DNA of 41,549 nucleotides from an uncultured Coxiellaceae bacterium. Its GTDB lineage: Bacteria > Pseudomonadota > Gammaproteobacteria > DSM-16500. Made by a program: the position numbers and the translations under genes. The DNA lies in contig CAZAXX010000011.1 in the NCBI GenBank assembly GCA_964489265.1, positions 1 to 41,549 of the forward strand, written 5' to 3'. Below the pieces are notes generated by a model. That model saw only the letters and a program-made list of their open reading frames with translations. It made no database searches and had not been told where the DNA came from. This document shows positions 8,292 through 18,474 of this stretch, piece after piece (within the stretch, counting starts at the first letter, position 1; each line of letters begins with the position of its first letter).

Positions 8292-9749
8292 ATGTTTTCA
8301 CGCTTGAGCAAGACAGCTGGACGAATTAAATATTTATTTTTTGACTGGATCAAAACAAGGTTTCAGCAAATGTTTACCCCATCGCAATCCAACATGCTGA
8401 GTATACGAGTCGTGCCAGGAAAACATATAGTCGTCGTGTCTCCATATAAAATGCCAGCCACAACTGCGACAAAATTATTAAAAGAAATCACCCCAGCGTC
8501 AGAAAACAAAGCACGTCGCATTTATAATTTCATACCTTTTTACACCGGTGCAATGCCTTTTTTAAGCTTGCCAGATGCTGAAGCACTTCCCATACGCAAA
8601 AAAAGAATTGTCCCTTATTTGCATGCGATGCTGAAAAATATTAATTTTTCAGCTGAAATGACTGGGTTAATCGAGAAATTACGGCTAGATCAAACTGCTC
8701 AACCTCGGGCAGAAATCATAGGTGATCATTTTATAGATTTATTTGCCCGAAATTTACTAGGTGTTGAATTTCCTGAGGAATTAAAAAAATCACTCAAGCA
8801 GACTGATAGTGACTATTCCATTTTGTTTTGTTTATTACCTCCTGCTGCAGCAAATTGGCTAACTCTGATTCCATCGATAAGAAAGTTACGCAATGTGTGT
8901 CACACTGAGATTAGGCGTTTTTTAGTTGATACGATTGGAAAAATTAAAACAGATGATTTTCATTTTAAACAAATGAAAAAAAATTTTCTTCTCGATTTAA
9001 TATTAGAAAAAAAAGGCGATCCGAAGTTATTATCCAATAAAGACATCGAAGACTTAGCCGCTGATCCAGAAGTCAAACTGTGCGTTGCTGTTGTACTGGC
9101 AACAAATAATTTGACACGCGCCATGAGTTTTTTAGTAGGATGTTTGACGACCGCAATTCAGACAAATTTATTGATTGAACTATTGGATCAAGAATCGATT
9201 CAGCCAACGGATTTATTGCAACAAAAGAAAATGCCGTTGCTCCATGCAACTTATTTAGAAACGTTACGTTATGCGGCAAGAACAGGAATTATACGTAATA
9301 TTCAATCCGAAATTAGAATTGATGATATTAACATTCCCGCGAATTCATTAGTGATGTTTCCATTTGATTCATCCAGTCAGATGGGTAGCGCTAAATATCC
9401 TTGCTATCAATTTGCTCCAGAGCGATTTCTCGATGAACAAAAGCAACTGCGTCCCGAGATGAAGCTACAGGAAGGTGTTTTCACTCCATTTGGTATAGGC
9501 TCTAGAAACTGCCCAGGGCAACGCATCAGCGAGCAAATGATTAAAATCTATTTGGTAACGTTACTGAATGCGGTGAAAAAATTTTCTAGTTACAAATATA
9601 CTTTTTATGATGAGCCGGCTGGTGATACAGCCAGGAATTTTGTACTCACCTATTCAATTAGATCTTCTTTATTTAACCCATTTAAAGGAAAAGAAGAACA
9701 AGAAGTGGCGGAGAAAATAACTGAAAATATCGTAGGATATTGTTTATAA
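8292..9749 (+). CDS. cytochrome P450
   Basis: The heme-thiolate loop FTPFGIGSRNCPG (F-x-x-G-x-R-x-C-x-G) has its Cys codon at 9510..9512. An ExxR motif (ETLRY) lies upstream, and 485 aa is a typical P450 size. Confidence 0.75.
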   Translation: MFSRLSKTAGRIKYLFFDWIKTRFQQMFTPSQSNMLSIRVVPGKHIVVVSPYKMPATTATKLLKEITPASENKARRIYNFIPFYTGAMPFLSLPDAEALPIRKKRIVPYLHAMLKNINFSAEMTGLIEKLRLDQTAQPRAEIIGDHFIDLFARNLLGVEFPEELKKSLKQTDSDYSILFCLLPPAAANWLTLIPSIRKLRNVCHTEIRRFLVDTIGKIKTDDFHFKQMKKNFLLDLILEKKGDPKLLSNKDIEDLAADPEVKLCVAVVLATNNLTRAMSFLVGCLTTAIQTNLLIELLDQESIQPTDLLQQKKMPLLHATYLETLRYAARTGIIRNIQSEIRIDDINIPANSLVMFPFDSSSQMGSAKYPCYQFAPERFLDEQKQLRPEMKLQEGVFTPFGIGSRNCPGQRISEQMIKIYLVTLLNAVKKFSSYKYTFYDEPAGDTARNFVLTYSIRSSLFNPFKGKEEQEVAEKITENIVGYCL

Positions 9750-9867
9750 ACGAAATCATGATCTGCCTATCTTCTATCTTTGTTAATAGTTCCTTAAGGT
9801 TAAAGATGTACATTTACCAAGCAAAACAAGGGGTTGTAACTATTATAAATGAAGAGGTAGCATTCCG

Positions 9868-11178
9868 ATGTCGACCACGCGAATCATCAATATCAATTTA
9901 TCCAAATTAGATCCAACTATTCGTACGAATCTTTCTCAGCTGTGTGTCTATTTATTAGGGTTAAAACCCAGCGATAAAGAAGATTATTTTGAAAGCGCAT
10001 ATTCTCATTTTTTTGGTACAAAATTATATTCTGCCCTAAAGGTTAAATTTGAACGTAATCCCCAGCTTAAGAACTTTGCGAGCAAAGAAGTAATCGACCA
10101 AATTATAGAAGATTTAACGCATTGCATTGGTGCTATTTCTGATGATGAAATAATACAAACATTAAAAAAACAGATTGCTGATGAAGCTAAAACATTAAAT
10201 GCCAATCCTCACATTGAATGCTTGCGAGAGTACCAAAATAAAGCCGCGGAATGTTTTAAAGGTACACCCGTTCTAGAGTCTTCAGAAATAGCATGGGAAA
10301 AAACGCTTGCTTGTTTAAACAAGGAAGTATATTACAGAGAAAGCTTGAAATACCTTAATTGGGGTAATCTGAAGTTAGGTATTGGATTTATGGTTGTGCT
10401 CATGTTGTTTCAAAAATTTATATTTGATTATTTGAATGCGCGCGCACCAGAGAACACCAAATTTCTTGCGCACGTTAGCGAGACCCAAAGCGAGCAACAG
10501 ATGAAGTTCATGCTTCTTATTTTTACGGCTACACTTGCCAGCGTAGCTGTCAACCCAATCAAAATAAAAGTCAATTTTTCTGCGTTCGATGATGTAATAA
10601 CAACTCGATTTGGACAAGTAATTAAAGATAACTTGGTCAAGAAATCGGAACTCGAAAAGCGTATCAAATTAGCTGATCCTACTTCCAATACGACAGCCGC
10701 TTCTTGTGAATCATCCGAGATGACTACACCTGTCGAAGAAGATAAACCCGCGCCGAAAAAAGAAAAACGTAAATATCAAATTTCTTATTCTGCTGAACCC
10801 AGTGTAGAAGAAAAAAATGAAGTCATTCCTCCCAAAATTCGTCTGAATGGCAGTATTTTTTATTTAAATCAACATCCGAGCGGTCGTTGTTATACTCGTT
10901 ATAATGAAAATGAAATGAAAGAAAAAATTCCGCGCGACCGTCAACGCATTGTTATGCCAAAAATAAAGAGTGCTATTGAGGGTGGCAGAGTAGATGACCC
11001 AGTAAGACCTGGTATTGTAAAAGTTGAGGAAACCGAGCTGAAAAAGTTCCCGGATGGCTGGAAATTAAGAATCAAAGAAAATGAACGATTTGGATATGCA
11101 TTACGTGCTCCCGAAGAAGACGAAAATGAATGTGGCATGGAACAAGTATTTAGTCCAAGGGAACTGAAATATCATTAA
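9868..11178 (+). CDS. hypothetical protein, effector-like (central bipartite hydrophobic hairpin, Lys/Glu-rich C-terminal half, Glu-rich C-terminus)
   Basis: Two adjacent hydrophobic segments are present (LGIGFMVVLMLFQKFIF and MKFMLLIFTATLASVAVNPI). The C-terminal 20 aa (APEEDENECGMEQVF...) are acidic, like the E-block of type IVB secretion substrates. I recognise no enzyme motifs. Confidence 0.45.
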   Translation: MSTTRIININLSKLDPTIRTNLSQLCVYLLGLKPSDKEDYFESAYSHFFGTKLYSALKVKFERNPQLKNFASKEVIDQIIEDLTHCIGAISDDEIIQTLKKQIADEAKTLNANPHIECLREYQNKAAECFKGTPVLESSEIAWEKTLACLNKEVYYRESLKYLNWGNLKLGIGFMVVLMLFQKFIFDYLNARAPENTKFLAHVSETQSEQQMKFMLLIFTATLASVAVNPIKIKVNFSAFDDVITTRFGQVIKDNLVKKSELEKRIKLADPTSNTTAASCESSEMTTPVEEDKPAPKKEKRKYQISYSAEPSVEEKNEVIPPKIRLNGSIFYLNQHPSGRCYTRYNENEMKEKIPRDRQRIVMPKIKSAIEGGRVDDPVRPGIVKVEETELKKFPDGWKLRIKENERFGYALRAPEEDENECGMEQVFSPRELKYH

Positions 11179-11190
11179 TAACGGGGTTTT

Positions 11191-11297
11191 GTCATCATAA
11201 TAGCTGCTTTTGTCATCCTGAACGAAGTGAAGGATCGCCATGTTATAACGTAGCGATCCTTCACTTCGTTCAGGATGACAGAGCCCTCAGGATGACA
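11191..11297. mobile_element. MITE family 1 copy (perfect core 11211..11280 plus flanking partial arm)
   Basis: The core is tgtcatcctgaacgaagtgaaggatcgc - catgttataacgta - gcgatccttcacttcgttcaggatgaca, a perfect 28-bp inverted repeat with a 14-nt spacer. An extra ctcaggatgaca lies at 11287..11297 and a gtcatca fragment at 11191. Confidence 0.8.
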
Positions 11298-11311
11298 ACG
11301 CCTTCGTTAGA

Positions 11312-12628
11312 TCAAACCCACAACTTCTTTGCAATCTTACAATAAACTTCTTTCTCCCCACTCACATACGGCGCAATACGACAATCCATCGTAAAACTCG
11401 CTAATGTATAAACATCTTCACGCGTTAATTTTTTTTCTGCAGAAACTTTGTCAATCATAGCCAGCGAAGCTGTTTTCATTGCTGCTTCCAAATCCGCATT
11501 TTTGCCATGCGTCACAAAATACTGGGCGTTATCTGACTTCAGTAAAGTTGGCTTGCTTTGAGAATTTTTAGGAACCATACAATAAACACCCTGCACGCCA
11601 TTCACCACTTCTGCAATTGGGCAATTCCAAGTTGCTAGCATGATTTTTTCCGCTTCATCGGCTGAGACATGACGTATATCCATGATAAGTTTAAGCGTTT
11701 CATTTTGCAGAATATCAAATGCTTTATTTAAATCTTTATCATAACCAACGGCAATCCAATCTGTTTTCGTTTCTGCGCGTGGCCAGGTTAATGATTTATT
11801 TTTTATAACATCAATTGTCACGTTAAATTCACTGAATGCTGTTTCCATTGCAGTTAAATCAATTTCACCATTACCCTGCCCTGCATGTGAATCACCCGAC
11901 CAAACCAACGCACCTTTCACAAAAACCGGTAAATACAATGTGGAACCTTCAGTTAATTCACGCAAATCCATATTCCCACCAAATTGCCCAGGAGGCCCTG
12001 AACTATATTTTCCAGGCTCTTTGCGTGCAACCGCGACTACGCCTGGAAATGGCGCGAGTGGAATCGTGATGCCAGGTAAAAATGCCATCTGCATTTTCTT
12101 AAGATCGAGATAGTAATATCTGACGTAAGGATTTTTATCTCCAAAAATTTCCGGAAATAAGCCTTTGCCAGGCGTACTATCATTTGATGCATAAGAGCGA
12201 GGTATAATTTTGTTAATGTGGATTTTTAACGTATCACCTGGTTCTGCACCCTTCACGTAAATAGGCCCTGTAAGCGTATGCGGCCCTCGCCCTTCGACCG
12301 CTGTATTCAGCTCGATAATTTGCTTGATAGTCGTGCCAGGGACGACTTGATTGGCTGCTGCAGCTAATGTTTCAATGACGACAGTTTCACCTGGATTAAT
12401 TGTTAAAACCGGCGTGGTTGAATTATCGAAAACACCCCACTGACTAGTAGCAGGTGTGCCAGGCAAAATATATTTTTTGAGTGTCGGTGAATCTGGAGCT
12501 ATCATATTAGCTTCTTTAGGTAAGCCAGATAAATAAGGTTGGCAATACTGGGTTTTGCTTGCATAAGAAGAAGAGATGAAAAACATTGCTAGAAAACAGC
12601 TGGATATAGCTTTATATTTTAAAGACAT
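11312..12628 (-). CDS. formamidase/acetamidase (FmdA_AmdA family) with N-terminal signal peptide
   Basis: Family motifs GPHTLTGPIYVKGAEPGD and GDSHAGQGNGEI are present. The N-terminus MSLKYKAISSCFLAMFFISSSYA is signal-peptide-like, and GGGAGG lies upstream of the ATG. Confidence 0.8.
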   Translation of the reverse strand: MSLKYKAISSCFLAMFFISSSYASKTQYCQPYLSGLPKEANMIAPDSPTLKKYILPGTPATSQWGVFDNSTTPVLTINPGETVVIETLAAAANQVVPGTTIKQIIELNTAVEGRGPHTLTGPIYVKGAEPGDTLKIHINKIIPRSYASNDSTPGKGLFPEIFGDKNPYVRYYYLDLKKMQMAFLPGITIPLAPFPGVVAVARKEPGKYSSGPPGQFGGNMDLRELTEGSTLYLPVFVKGALVWSGDSHAGQGNGEIDLTAMETAFSEFNVTIDVIKNKSLTWPRAETKTDWIAVGYDKDLNKAFDILQNETLKLIMDIRHVSADEAEKIMLATWNCPIAEVVNGVQGVYCMVPKNSQSKPTLLKSDNAQYFVTHGKNADLEAAMKTASLAMIDKVSAEKKLTREDVYTLASFTMDCRIAPYVSGEKEVYCKIAKKLWV

Positions 12629-12700
12629 GCGCCCCTCCCTGGAGTGATTTTGTTAATTATAAGCACGATTGCCCAGTGAAAGAAATGGAGAAAATCAAAT

Positions 12701-13756
12701 ATGGATTCAAGAGCTGAGGAAGTAAAAGAAGAAGTAAAACCTACTCCAGCTGAGAACTTTAAAAAAGTAATAGAGGAACTCAACTCGCTTGGAGAACTCT
12801 TACTAAGTCCCGTAAAAGTTTACTATGCCAACCGCGCATTAAGCGGTCAGTTTGTGCCAATACACGAATATACTGTCGTAGCAACCAATTTTTACAATTA
12901 TTCAAAATCATCGAAAACATTTTATTTAGGCTTCGAATGGCACCTATCCCGTGAGAAAATTAAGGTGCCCGATTCATTCGAGCCCACGTCTTACTGCTTT
13001 CCATTAAGTCCTGATGAAAAAGTATGTTTAGGTGATAGAAAGGCTTTTGAAAAGCAGACAGGTTACTCCGTTGTGCTGGACTCTATAAAAGCGACTCATG
13101 TCTATGAAGTATTTCAGGAACAACTTACCTGTCTACAATACGTTAAATCCCAGGTAGAAGAGAAAAACGAAGATCGCGTTAATCGAATTGCAAAGCGCCT
13201 AGTATTTTTTAACATGTTTCCCGCTGCAGACAATGCATTCTCTGCAAATTGCAATAAGGCAACCGCGACGTTTTTACAAGAGGCTGAAGACCGTTCTGCG
13301 AAACAAGGTTTTAGACCTAAAAAAACAATCACAGGTCGCTCGCCCTTATCTATCTACTCAGTCCATCGAATGTTTCTTTGGAATTCGGGACGCCAGCGAA
13401 TGCTGCTTGATCTTTTTATTAATAGAACGGAATTAACGACGCATGATTTTGCTCGCGCGACCGCGCTTCTTGCCAATACCGAACAACTTAACAAACTTGC
13501 CCATGATAAAAAATACATTCTTGATGTCATCGCAACCTGGCCAGTAAACCAGGAAATCATGGCGTTAGAACAAATCATGAATCCTGAAACACCATTAGGT
13601 GTAGTATTTTCCACACCGCAAAATCCGCTTACATCTTATTTGCCTGCAGCAGTTTCTACTCCCAATACATCGCGTGGGTTACTGGGTGTTGCGGCTGAAC
13701 GTTTAGAAAAATTAAAGAAAGAACAAGGAAGTGCTTTGGCTCCTCCTAACGCATGA
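12701..13756 (+). CDS. hypothetical protein
   Basis: The 351-aa ORF has GGAG 10 nt upstream and no motif I recognise. Confidence 0.5.
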   Translation: MDSRAEEVKEEVKPTPAENFKKVIEELNSLGELLLSPVKVYYANRALSGQFVPIHEYTVVATNFYNYSKSSKTFYLGFEWHLSREKIKVPDSFEPTSYCFPLSPDEKVCLGDRKAFEKQTGYSVVLDSIKATHVYEVFQEQLTCLQYVKSQVEEKNEDRVNRIAKRLVFFNMFPAADNAFSANCNKATATFLQEAEDRSAKQGFRPKKTITGRSPLSIYSVHRMFLWNSGRQRMLLDLFINRTELTTHDFARATALLANTEQLNKLAHDKKYILDVIATWPVNQEIMALEQIMNPETPLGVVFSTPQNPLTSYLPAAVSTPNTSRGLLGVAAERLEKLKKEQGSALAPPNA

Positions 13757-13766
13757 CAAAGAGCTC

Positions 13767-14930
13767 TTAAGGAGGACTATTCCGCGGCGTAGAAATCACT
13801 TTTTTCAATTCATCTTTTACTTCAGTGCCTTTTGAATACCATAATTTTGAATAATAAAACAAAGCGGTTGTCGATACACATGAGGCGGGTTTTAGAAATA
13901 CAGATGCGACACATTTTAAAAACAATACTGTTTTACTATCACGATTTTGCGCGATCACATGCGCAGTTCGATCGAATGTTTGTTCAAATAAATTCAGTTT
14001 TTCAAACGATGTTTTGTTTTCAATTGCAGGGATTTTACTTAATTCACGCGTCGCTTTATATTGGTCAACCGTGACTCGAAATTGTTTATTATTAGCATAT
14101 AAATTTTTAGTTACTTCATTTTTTTCATCATCAACGAACAAATTAACGTTGAATTTGTTTTGGATTACCGGTCTTGGGTTGTCAGCTTCATTTTTTTCCC
14201 AGACTACTGTATTACAATAACATTCATAAACCTGGGGAATTTCTTTTTTTACAATTTCCTCAATGTCATTTTTTAAATCGTTACAGTGTTGATTGCTTAC
14301 TTCAGACAAATAATTATTTAATAAATCCGCTTTAAATTGAGTATAATTATTGTCAGTTAAAAGAGTAATGAGCGACTTGCTAAAGGAACTGACATCGAGC
14401 AACTCAAAACCAGTTTCGCTCAACCGATGCAATGCTCTTGTTTTGTCGCCACAAGGTATACTTATCGTTTCATTTTCTTGATTTAAAAAATGGATAGCGA
14501 ATTTCGTGCGTGTCGTTTCATAATAAAGAACACCGTCTTGTTCATAGATATTGATGCACCAATCATTAGTGTCAGGTGCTGACGCTTCGTATTCAGTGGC
14601 GTTTTTAAATGGTGTTACCATCATATACGAAGGATTTTGACAATAATGTCTGAACAACCATTGAATATTTTGGTCGGAAAATTGGGCGTCGTTACGCAGA
14701 TACGCTTCAAATTCTTCTAACGTAAAATGGGTTGGTATCGATTTTCCATTAATTTTAAAAAAATCGCGCGGAATGTCTTTTTTCAGCTGATTCTTGCCAT
14801 CATCGCCCTTGGCGTCATTTTCGACGTTGAGTTGAATACCTGGATTGATGGGAACAAGTCGAGCTAACTGCTCACGATCTAAGTGATAGGGGTATGGTGC
14901 CACCACCTCGGTTCCACGGTTAAGACTCAT
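13767..14930 (-). CDS. hypothetical protein
   Basis: This 387-aa ORF is convergent with the previous gene across a 10-nt gap and has no motif I recognise. Confidence 0.5.
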   Translation of the reverse strand: MSLNRGTEVVAPYPYHLDREQLARLVPINPGIQLNVENDAKGDDGKNQLKKDIPRDFFKINGKSIPTHFTLEEFEAYLRNDAQFSDQNIQWLFRHYCQNPSYMMVTPFKNATEYEASAPDTNDWCINIYEQDGVLYYETTRTKFAIHFLNQENETISIPCGDKTRALHRLSETGFELLDVSSFSKSLITLLTDNNYTQFKADLLNNYLSEVSNQHCNDLKNDIEEIVKKEIPQVYECYCNTVVWEKNEADNPRPVIQNKFNVNLFVDDEKNEVTKNLYANNKQFRVTVDQYKATRELSKIPAIENKTSFEKLNLFEQTFDRTAHVIAQNRDSKTVLFLKCVASVFLKPASCVSTTALFYYSKLWYSKGTEVKDELKKVISTPRNSPP

Positions 14931-15030
14931 TAGGACGCTCTCTCGTTTTGGATTATAATTTTAATTTAATGGCCTAAATTATAGTTCAAAATAGCTTAAC
15001 GAATTCTTAAAACAACCTAGAGATCACTAA

Positions 15031-15969
15031 ATGAAAATTGGTTTCATCACCTGCGCGGCAGAAAAATTAACCTATTTTTTCCCGACCCTTGCCGAGCCCG
15101 ACTTTATTCCTGTGGAACCACCTTTTACACCGGATGATCAACTTGCCGTAAATCAGCTACGAAAACAGGGGTTTGACGTCAAACCAGTTGTCTGGGGTTC
15201 ACCCATCACAGTAATCCAGGATATCGATTTAGTCATCGTTCGTTCGCCCTGGGATTACATGGATAGTGATGAAAATATAGAACATTTTTTACAATGGGTA
15301 AGTGATTTAGAAAAAAATAATATTCGCGTGGCCAACCCTTCCAACTTGATGCAGTGGCTGTTAGATAAGCATTATTTGGCTGATTTAGCCCAAGAAGGGA
15401 TTCACGTTATTCCTACCCGTTATTATGAAAAAGGTTCTACGTTTGACTTGGGAAGTTACTTTGAAAAGTATGGCGAATTTATTGCTAAACCCTGCATTTC
15501 AGCCGCTGGAATGGGGTTATATCATATTCATTCGCTGCCAGAAGCCAACAAATACCAAGACAGTTTTAATAAAAAATTAATAACTTCCAGCTATATGATT
15601 CAGGATTTTATTCCGGAAATTACCACTGCAGGCGAATGGTCGCTCATATTTTTAGGCGGAAAATATAGTCACTCTATTCATAAAAAACCCGCGGCTGGAT
15701 CCATCATGGTCCATGCTGAGCGAGGTGGTTCACTTGATTTTTCACGCACACCCAGCCAGCGCATAATAGCGTTTGCAGATCGAATCTATGCCCTTATTCG
15801 CGAAAAATGCGATCCCAATTTATTATTGTATTTGCGCTTGGATATTATTGAGACCCAAAATGGCCCAGTTTTAGTTGAATGTGAGGGGGTTGAGCCTGAG
15901 TTATTTTTTAGGGCGAATTCTCGATCCACAGAAACGTTTTGCCAAGCTATTGCTAGGGCTTGTCCCTAA
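15031..15969 (+). CDS. ATP-grasp fold enzyme (RimK/glutathione-synthetase-like)
   Basis: The C-terminal half GEWSLIFLGGKYSHSIHKKPAAGSIMVHAERGGS matches the ATP-grasp pattern (D/E-x-R/W-x-x-hydrophobic-GG ... R ... N/H-x-x-x-GG), and the 312-aa size fits. Confidence 0.6.
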   Translation: MKIGFITCAAEKLTYFFPTLAEPDFIPVEPPFTPDDQLAVNQLRKQGFDVKPVVWGSPITVIQDIDLVIVRSPWDYMDSDENIEHFLQWVSDLEKNNIRVANPSNLMQWLLDKHYLADLAQEGIHVIPTRYYEKGSTFDLGSYFEKYGEFIAKPCISAAGMGLYHIHSLPEANKYQDSFNKKLITSSYMIQDFIPEITTAGEWSLIFLGGKYSHSIHKKPAAGSIMVHAERGGSLDFSRTPSQRIIAFADRIYALIREKCDPNLLLYLRLDIIETQNGPVLVECEGVEPELFFRANSRSTETFCQAIARACP

Positions 15970-16061
15970 GCTGATTCACAGCTGTGATGCGATAAAATTG
16001 ACACACGTCTCAAATTAGCCCAAAGTGACGCCAAATCCCGATAACGAATGGAACCTTGTTT

Positions 16062-17540
16062 ATGAGAAATTTTAAATTATCTCTGTTTAGCCTTTTTTTG
16101 CTGGCAAGCACACTCGCGCATGCGCGTGACAATACGAATTGGAATGTAAAGATATTTAATGATTCCGATGTGGATCAGTATTATCTCGTCACCGATTTGA
16201 CCTTTGTTGATCCCGCACTTCATCCTGAAATGCTGGGTATGTTGCATAAAGGACAACAAGCCAATATTGTGCTGAAGGCAACTGAAAATCATCGCGCGGG
16301 ACGAGTATATTTCTCTGATAAACCAATTAATTATAAAGCAGGTGCTGCACCTGGCTTGGGTGATGAATATAATTTTGTTGAATATACCGTTGGGGCTGAT
16401 AAAAATGAGAAGAAGCAATTAATATCGTTTACGGATTACGATGTTTCTGGCGTTGATTCACTTTATCACGTGCCTTTCAAATTAGAAGCCGTCTATAAAG
16501 ATGGTACTTCAGATGGCTGGGTTGGAATTTTTGATGGCGAGTCAGGAAAAACTGACGATATTTCCAAAAAAATGAATCTGTTTACCCAACAATCCGGTTG
16601 GCCTACGTTTGCAAACAGCAGCAAAATACCGGGTGCCTATAACATGTTTGCATTATCAAACGATCAATTATCTCCTACTGCCGTTACCATGCGTCAAACT
16701 TTATTAAACCGCTGGCTATTTTGGACGAGTGGCAAACCTGCTGATATTTGTCAGGCGAATCATGGCGAGCGATCGTTTGATGACTGCGTGGCTTTTGCGA
16801 CAACCATTCAAAAAATCAAACCCATTCCAAATACCAATGAATTGTTGGCAGCGTTATATGGATATGTGCCGCCTTATAATTATGAAAGTTCGCCTTATGC
16901 AGGCTATGTGATTGCCTTGTTAAGAGGCTTGTCCTATGTGAATGGTCAAGAAGATAAAAATCCGGCGCACTTGTATCCTGAATACGACAGCATTTACTGT
17001 CTTAATCCGTATGTCACATTTATCCATAAATATCTGAATTTGCAAATCTACGCTTTCTCGATAGACGATTCGGTTGGAAATATATACCAACCTGACGTGC
17101 AAGATTTATATATTGATTTAGGATCCGATATTCATTTACCGAATAAAAAAGCTTTTGTGCCGAAAACGCCTGTGGGTTCTTCTGATTTTGTACTGAGCTA
17201 TGCGCCTAACTGGGGTGGTTATACTTTTGTGATTGGTAAAAACATTACTGCAAAACCAACAGATCAAGCGAATGTAGTTCCATTTAATCTCGCTGATTTT
17301 GACCCAACTTCACATCAGTTAACTATGCAAATATCTAATAAAAACTCGTCGTTCTCAGCGGAAATTACGGTAGATCCAGCTACTAAAAATTTATCAAAAG
17401 CAAACTGTAAAGTGACTAAAGCGGAAAGCACTGTTACAGATCCGCTATGTAATGATTTTGCGAATGATAAGCTTGGCGCACAGATGAATGTGGATAATGT
17501 GGGTCATGCAATCGTATTGCCGCCGGGTGATAGCCGATAA
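16062..17540 (+). CDS. secreted hypothetical protein
   Basis: The start is taken at ATG 16062, because the track start at 16056 is TTG. MRNFKLSLFSLFLLASTLAHA is a signal peptide. The ~490-aa protein has no recognised motif. Confidence 0.55.
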   Translation: MRNFKLSLFSLFLLASTLAHARDNTNWNVKIFNDSDVDQYYLVTDLTFVDPALHPEMLGMLHKGQQANIVLKATENHRAGRVYFSDKPINYKAGAAPGLGDEYNFVEYTVGADKNEKKQLISFTDYDVSGVDSLYHVPFKLEAVYKDGTSDGWVGIFDGESGKTDDISKKMNLFTQQSGWPTFANSSKIPGAYNMFALSNDQLSPTAVTMRQTLLNRWLFWTSGKPADICQANHGERSFDDCVAFATTIQKIKPIPNTNELLAALYGYVPPYNYESSPYAGYVIALLRGLSYVNGQEDKNPAHLYPEYDSIYCLNPYVTFIHKYLNLQIYAFSIDDSVGNIYQPDVQDLYIDLGSDIHLPNKKAFVPKTPVGSSDFVLSYAPNWGGYTFVIGKNITAKPTDQANVVPFNLADFDPTSHQLTMQISNKNSSFSAEITVDPATKNLSKANCKVTKAESTVTDPLCNDFANDKLGAQMNVDNVGHAIVLPPGDSR

Positions 17541-17642
17541 CTCTTTGAATAAAAGAGCTATTATTTATTTACTGCTCTTAATTTAACCTTAATGCCTATT
17601 TAGTACAATATTAAATCAGTAGTCGGCTAAATAGGTGTTATT

Positions 17643-18452
17643 GTGAAAAGCACGCGAGAAACTAAAACTGAAGCAAAAAATGACCCTCTCTTTGCAAGCC
17701 CTGAAAAAGTCATCGCATTCTTCAACACGGTGTTGGCTCAAATCGAGAATCAACAGTTAGAGGCAAAAGAACAAAATAAACAATTTGTTTTGATGTTAGG
17801 TGAAACTCATCACTCTAATCACTCTCTCTTCATTGAAACACTTATCTTCATTGCTTGTAATATACTTGGAATAAAAAATGCAATATTAGAAGGCGATCAT
17901 CAATTTATTTCAAAACAAGAAAAAATGACTCAATCCAGTGTAAACACGAGTTATTTAATTCATTTATCAAAAACACTTAACATCAAATATGCTGGGACCG
18001 ATGAAAAATCTGCTTTTGATGGCGATGTTGAAAAATTAGATATTTTTAAAATAGTTAATCTTGCTTTAATTCCAACTGAAAGCAAACCCAGGGAAGCAGC
18101 AATGTATAGATCCATTATAAAAACAAAAAATGATTTAATTTTTGTAGTTGGGAATGCGCACACAGCAAACATTGGCAAACTATTAGAAAATAATTCTAAC
18201 GTGCATCTCCTATGCATTAAAACATGCAATAATTCACTGCTATTTTCTCCTACAACAAACAGCAAGCTAAAATCGCTTACCATTCAGGCTCCGCATTTTG
18301 AAATTTGTGAAAAGACGGACAAAACTGAAGTTATTAAAACGGCAATCGATATCATGGTTAAGAATTTTTTTGCGGGGGAGAGTTTTTTTGCAAGTTGCAA
18401 AGAAGAAGCGATGAGCCACACTACTCGTCATTATCCTCGTGATTTGTGTTGA
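17643..18452 (+). CDS. hypothetical protein
   Basis: The ORF has a GTG start with AGGTG-N5 upstream and encodes 269 aa. Confidence 0.45.
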   Translation: MKSTRETKTEAKNDPLFASPEKVIAFFNTVLAQIENQQLEAKEQNKQFVLMLGETHHSNHSLFIETLIFIACNILGIKNAILEGDHQFISKQEKMTQSSVNTSYLIHLSKTLNIKYAGTDEKSAFDGDVEKLDIFKIVNLALIPTESKPREAAMYRSIIKTKNDLIFVVGNAHTANIGKLLENNSNVHLLCIKTCNNSLLFSPTTNSKLKSLTIQAPHFEICEKTDKTEVIKTAIDIMVKNFFAGESFFASCKEEAMSHTTRHYPRDLC

Positions 18453-18474
18453 ACTAGCGTCATCGCGCACGCTT

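Noticed and set aside
15969-17640. Short palindromes after stops (tcacagctgtga at ~15976; aagagc...gctctt at ~17552)
   Set aside because: The stems are 6 bp long, with no adjacent T-tract. They are indistinguishable from chance in AT-rich DNA and not convincing intrinsic terminators.
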